The notes below the pieces were generated by a model. The model was not told where the DNA came from and made no database searches. It saw nothing but the letters and a program-made list of their open reading frames with translations. Source: an uncultured bacterium (GTDB lineage Bacteria; Verrucomicrobiota; Verrucomicrobiia; Limisphaerales; UBA8199). Taken from it: a DNA stretch of 64,000 nt. A program made the translations under genes and the position numbers. Positions 59,421 through 64,000 of this stretch are shown here, one piece after another (position 1 is the stretch's first letter; each line of letters begins with the position of its first letter). The stretch is taken from NCBI GenBank assembly GCA_963749495.1, contig CAVVMW010000021.1, positions 864,001-928,000 on the forward strand, given 5' to 3'.

Positions 59421-60500
59421 CGCGCCGTTCGCGCATGACAACGACACTCTCATCGCGCAAAACTTTCAGCACACCGAAACGGACGTGCGGCTTGGCGTAA
59501 CCGGCGACTTTGCCAGGCTGCGCAATCTGGTGACTGACGAAGTCATTGCCCGGCAGACGCCGCAGGAATCCGGGCAAGGCCAGCGCGGCGGCGGTCGCGG
59601 CGGTGGAGAACAGCGCGCGTCCTTCAACGTGCATCTGCTGCCGCACAGCTACGTGGTCCTCGCAGCGGAGAAATCCTCTCATTTTCGGCGACGACCTGGA
59701 CGTGCTCGACGCGAAGGCCGAGCCGCTGATGAACTGAAGTCGCAAATCTGGATCGTGGCGTCGTGATCCGAGTCTGATTCCAGGGTTGGATGCGTTGTGA
59801 GCAATCCGTGCCACCGATGGCGCGAACGTATATCAAAAGCGACGGTTCGGAACTGCACAGGCCGTAAGCTCAGTTCGCGCACCCGGTCCTTCTTCTTCTC
59901 GAAAGAGCTGTCAATTGCCGTGTTTTGTAACATCTGTCCCTGGTCAGCGGCGAGAATGTCCATGCCCCGCAACCAGAGTTGTCGGTAGACCCTTTGGGTG
60001 TCGTCGAGGTTCGTGATCCCGGTGATCACCGAGTCATCCCACCCGAATTGTTCTCGGTAGTACCTGGAAGCCGATGCCGTCGAGGAAGCGGTCTCCCCCC
60101 CACCAGCGGCATATGCCACAGGCTCGGGATGCCGCGCGGGTTGAGCTCGGTGGGCACCTCGGCCCCCAGTTGATCCGATACTCGCGCGCCTTGGGCGCAG
60201 CGCATGGGGCCTGCGGCTCAAAGAGCCTCCCGAGGGTCACGCCGAGGCTGCCGACCAGGCCCACAAGCAGGAAATCGCGCCGGCCCGGGCGCCAGGGCAC
60301 GCCCCGCCGGCAAGATCAAACCCGGGTGCGATTGAGCGATTAAGAGCGTCGGCCGGGACGGCCCACAGTTTTACCGCGCCATCGGCCTGCGTAAACCCAT
60401 CAACACGGGCAGCCGGAGCGCAAACATTCTTGTCCGCTTCCGGTATTGGCATGACCGAGAGCGCGGCCATCTCGGCGGCGTGTTCCGCTCCTTCCACGCC
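59421..60500. pseudogene. Mosaic of gene scraps
   Basis: Short protein-like pieces on both strands, including a twin-arginine signal fragment (GRRDFLLVGLVG) near 60200..60300; none is complete. Confidence 0.4.
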
Positions 60501-61055
60501 GACAAAGATGCCGGCGCTCCCGGTCCTGCGAAAAAATCCGAGCTGCGCCCCCGTTTATGCCTGCTATCGATTGCTGCGGTTTTCGTCCGCCCCGAACAGG
60601 GCAAGATAAGACACCCAGGCATCGCCCCGGGAAAAACCGTGAATGGACCCCGCAAGCGCTGAAACGGGGCGATGGGGGAATGCCCCGCGAAGATCATCGG
60701 GCAATCGCCGCTAAGGAAAAGGACCGTCAATTTCTGAGAGGCGGAAGATCGATAGATAAGCCCTTTGGCACCTCGACGTGAGAATTCACCATGGCGTGGC
60801 AGTCACGACAGCCAGGATCCGGACCGCGTCAAGGCAAACATATAACTACTCATGCGAGCGAGCGAAACCTGGTTGACTGGTGAATTGGCGTTTTGTCAGA
60901 GCCAGCCACGGCCGTAAACGGTGGCGGCGCTCAAGCTGCGGTCTCCTGGGCAAGGTCAACTTCACGCCATCTGCTTTGCGGCCTCTGACTCCTGGAAGAC
61001 CGACGGGTGGCAGGTCGTTGTCAGCCGTCGGTCAACGCCGCCAACTCCGAGTGTA

Positions 61056-61115
61056 GTTATAAGTTCGGCCCTTTGCGGCGAGGATGGGTGAGGTTCCGCT
61101 GGGGGTGGACGCTCC
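61056..61115. repeat. Inverted copy of the tRNA-adjacent ~60-bp element
   Basis: See 23133..23193. Confidence 0.85.
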
Positions 61116-61254
61116 GAGTCGAGTCGCTGCTGCTCCACCGGTGCCCCGGTCCCCGTGGGGAGCTTGCCATTGACAGAACTCAGCGCCGTGTTGGTCCGTG
61201 CGCCGAACGACCGCGAGCGGTTGTTCGGCGAACCGCCCAGTTGGCTGCTGAGCC

Positions 61255-61877
61255 CGGCGGACGGCGAGCAACTGGACGGCCCGGACTGGCGCCCGGTTCG
61301 GGTCCGGGTAGCGCAGTTGCAACGCCTGGCCGGCGAAAGCCCGGGCCGTGTCTTCGCTCAAGATGGCCCGGCGGAAGCTGGCAACCCGGTCGCCCAGCAC
61401 GCGAAGCTGGCTCAAGATTTTGAAGCTCGCCTGGATGATCTCGGGTGACTCGTCGCCCGTGTGGCGAACATAGACGCTCGGAATGAGGCTGTCGGGGACC
61501 ATCAACCCGTTGCGGCAGACAAAGCGAAACAGGCCGGCATGGATTTGGTAACCACTGCTCCGGTCGTGCGAGTTGAGTAAGATCACCTCGGGCGCATAGT
61601 CGCCCACTTCGGCAACCTGGTCGCGGCGCTGAAAGCGGACCAAGTGCCGCTGGAACCCCGCGCGCTCAAGGTGGCGGACACCCATCTGCCGGGCTTCAAC
61701 CGGCTTCCATCCTTCCTGCCGCATGGCCTCCACGATCCGCCCGGTGGGCAGGAACGTGTAGCGGTCGGACGCTCCGGGCATGGGTGCCTCGGCGAATTCG
61801 GCCGGGGCCGCGCTACGCAGTTCGGCGTCCGTGATCTCGGGGCGGTGGATGTTGCTGTTGCTATTGCTGTCGAACAT
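61255..61877 (-). pseudogene. DUF932/DUF945-family protein, C-terminally truncated
   Basis: SDRYTFLPT...EGWKPV...HLVRF...EVILLNSHDRSSGYQIHAGLFRFVCRNGLMV. Similarity ends after LLAVRR. Confidence 0.75.
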
Positions 61878-62308
61878 AACTGTCCTTTCTGTATTGGGTT
61901 TATTTGTTGTGTGTGGAATCGTGTTCGGTGCGGTTATCGGGCAAGGCGCGCAGTCGCTTGGGCCTCGGCGGCGGCGATGGTTAAATCCCACAGCGTGCGG
62001 TCGGCGCTGGACCAGCAGGGCCTCGATCAACTGCCGGTCCTGGGGGCGTGACGTGAGATTGAGCATGAGGCTCTCCCCGCTGTGCCAGCAGGCCCCCGCT
62101 TGAGAGATAAGCAGGCCCGCGCTCACCGCCTGCTCCCGGCCCTGCCAGAGGATCACCAGGTATTTGGCAAATGGCGCCTGCTGTGCCCTGGAACTCTGTT
62201 CGGATTGCTCTTGAGCCCTTCTCCCTGTCTGTGTTGTCGTGGTGGTGTTCATGATCTTTTTTTCGCGCTCTGCTGTTCGTCTTGTCCGTCGCCCTTCGCC
62301 CGGCGAGA

Positions 62309-62713
62309 GGGCGCATGACAAGATTCTTCAAACCCTGTGGTTTGCGAGGATTTCGGGAGGTTTCGTATGTGAGGCCCATATATACACCGCTTGGTCCTCT
62401 CCCTGAGGCCAGGCCTGGGGTTGGCACGCTGGCGTTCAGGCCGAAGGCCTGGTTCATACCAGCCCAGGGCAAGGCCCGCCGGAGCGCAGCGCAGGCGGGC
62501 CGCCGCCCTGGGTCCACCGCACATTGCATTCTGTTGCAGGCCAACGGCCTGCCTCAAAAAGCTCCCGGAGGATGAATCGCGCTTTCAGCGCTCCAGATGA
62601 TTATTGGCGGCTGTTCCCAGGGCGTTGCCCGGGCTGGTATGAGCGACGCCTTTGGCGTCCCGAGCACGCACCGCCGGTGCCATCGTGCAGCAGGAGAATT
62701 CTGTCGTGCGCCC
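62309..62713. mobile_element. MITE-like element with the same TIRs as 24916/49338 but a longer, different REPIN cargo
   Basis: GGGCGCATGACAAGATT ... GAATTCTGTCGTGCGCCC; internal CATACCAGCCCAGGGCAA / TTGCCCGGGCTGGTATG inverted pair. Confidence 0.6.
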
Positions 62714-63095
62714 CCGCCGAGAGACCGCCAGCCGGGGCGGCCAGCGGGAGTAGTCTTCAGAGGGCACCGCGCCCGGCCCCCCGGCTGACAAGCGGTCGGT
62801 AGAGGGCGATGGGCAAGGCGAACGGCAGAACAAAAAACGATCTGAACAGCCGAACACCACGACAACGGACAGGGGAAGCGGACCGGAGAGAAGCGAACCC
62901 TGGCCCCCACCTTTCGAGCGAAGCGAGCTAATTCTGCCTCTGGCTCGCTCGGCGAGTTTCTGCAAGCCGGGAGCGCAACGGAGCGTTTGGCCTGGGCGCC
63001 CGCGTTAGGGGACAGGGGCGCGGATCAGCGGCTAGGGCAAGAAGCGAAGCGGAGCGGCGGCGAAAGAAAGCTCACGAGGGAGCCTCGGCGGGGGA

Positions 63096-63159
63096 GCCAA
63101 GTCTTGCCGTGTTTCGCGAAGTGGGGTGGCGGGGAGCGCGAAAGCCGGCAAGTCTTGGC
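63096..63159. promoter_or_regulatory. Long stem-loop in a structured intergenic region (possibly part of an ssDNA promoter)
   Basis: GCCAAGTCTTGCCG-TG-TTTCGCG ... CGCGAAA-GC-CGGCAAGTCTTGGC. Confidence 0.4.
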
Positions 63160-63306
63160 GACGGGGGAGGACCTTCTGCGTTTCCCTTCATTCGGCATCG
63201 TAAGCCGGAGCGTAACCATGCCCACTCCCTGCGGTGGAAACGGCGCTTTTGCTAAAGAGATTTCTGAATCCAGTCGAACTTGCGACGTGCGTAGTCCATG
63301 CACCGC

Positions 63307-64000
63307 TTAAATGTCTCTTTGGTGTGCAGGAAATCGTGTTTTTCCCTTTGTAACCGGTTCGGCGAAGTCCTTGTGGGTAAGAATATGCCGGAGGATCATG
63401 CACACCTTGCCGACGGCTAGGTCGCGAAGATATTCGCGGAATTCCCACTGCACCGCAAGGTCCTCCGCGAAGGCGTCCAGGTGGTCCTTTAGTTTGGGAT
63501 CGTTAAGCAGGCCCTGAATTAAGAGCGCGCACACCAGATTTTTGGCGCGCTGCACCGGGGTGCTCCACTTCCGGCCCATCCGCTCACGAAGATGCTCTGT
63601 GGGGCTTCGGATCGCCTTATAGACCTTATAGACGAGCACGATCCTGCTGGCATCTACTTCCAGGTAGCTCGAGCGGAATGTTTTTGCGTATCGATCCTGG
63701 TTCTCAAAGATGTAGGGAAGCTTAGACATATATCCGATCTCTCCCTGGACGGCCAAGAGCGTCCGCGCCAGAGGCTCGATGCGCATGTCATGGCCGGGAT
63801 CAACGCCCATGCCTTCAAGCTCCTCTTCGGAATAATTCTGGAACGCCCGTTCTTGGCGAGAATAGAATACGTTCGCTTCCTCCCGGAATTTGTCCTGAAG
63901 GTCGCACTGGATGCGGTCATTCGCACGGAGGTCCCAGGGCTCGACGCGGTTTTGGCAATTATTGCAGATTGTCACGTTCGTGACAAAATCGCTGGTGGGG
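63307..64000 (-). CDS. AIPR-family protein, 3' part (5' end outside the window)
   Basis: FVTNVTICNNCQNRVEPWDLRANDRIQ...FYSRQ resembles the AIPR core motif (N.QN.V...DL.AND..Q). Confidence 0.7.
   Translation of the reverse strand, partial: PTSDFVTNVTICNNCQNRVEPWDLRANDRIQCDLQDKFREEANVFYSRQERAFQNYSEEELEGMGVDPGHDMRIEPLARTLLAVQGEIGYMSKLPYIFENQDRYAKTFRSSYLEVDASRIVLVYKVYKAIRSPTEHLRERMGRKWSTPVQRAKNLVCALLIQGLLNDPKLKDHLDAFAEDLAVQWEFREYLRDLAVGKVCMILRHILTHKDFAEPVTKGKTRFPAHQRDI

Noticed and set aside
60764..60776. TTTGGCACCTCGA matches a conserved 23S rRNA segment
   Set aside because: Only about 13 nt; the flanks do not resemble rRNA.
61032..62321. 429-aa ORF as one intact protein
   Set aside because: Only the middle is DUF932-like; the start lies in a MITE end and the C-terminus reads through the 60-bp repeat. 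A separate small upstream gene near 61960..62250 is possible but unsupported.

Overview
GC-rich bacterial window. The gene content (DUF1559-type pilin-like protein, ECF sigma plus Ser/Thr kinase-WD40 modules, LamG/Ig secreted proteins) suggests a Verrucomicrobiota/PVC genome; this is an inference. Many genes are split by single-base indels, probably long-read errors, so several short ORFs belong to larger genes. From left to right: (i) an ECF sigma/kinase/secreted-protein module between direct repeats of an SSS transporter 3' end; (ii) a PUL-like cluster (LamG-Ig, pilin-like, GH31, (alpha/alpha)6 protein, GH63-like remnant, GH2, SSS) beside tRNA-fMet; (iii) FHA-adenylate cyclase, kinases, glgP and an IS200-like transposase with REP/MITE elements; (iv) the main novelty, a reconstructed ~13 kb (~4350 aa) gene joining a signal peptide, a very large ectodomain (YD/RHS-like beta repeats, a CBM-like module, an (alpha/alpha)6-like domain) and a multi-TM divergent GT2 processive glycosyltransferase, followed by a clan GH-A hydrolase, a eukaryote-type UDP-glucose pyrophosphorylase and a cNMP-binding protein, i.e. 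a candidate glucan synthesis/export system; (v) an inverted kinase paralog, gene scraps, a truncated DUF932 gene, an ICE leading-region-like segment and a partial AIPR gene. All family calls come from motif recognition by eye; no database searches were run.
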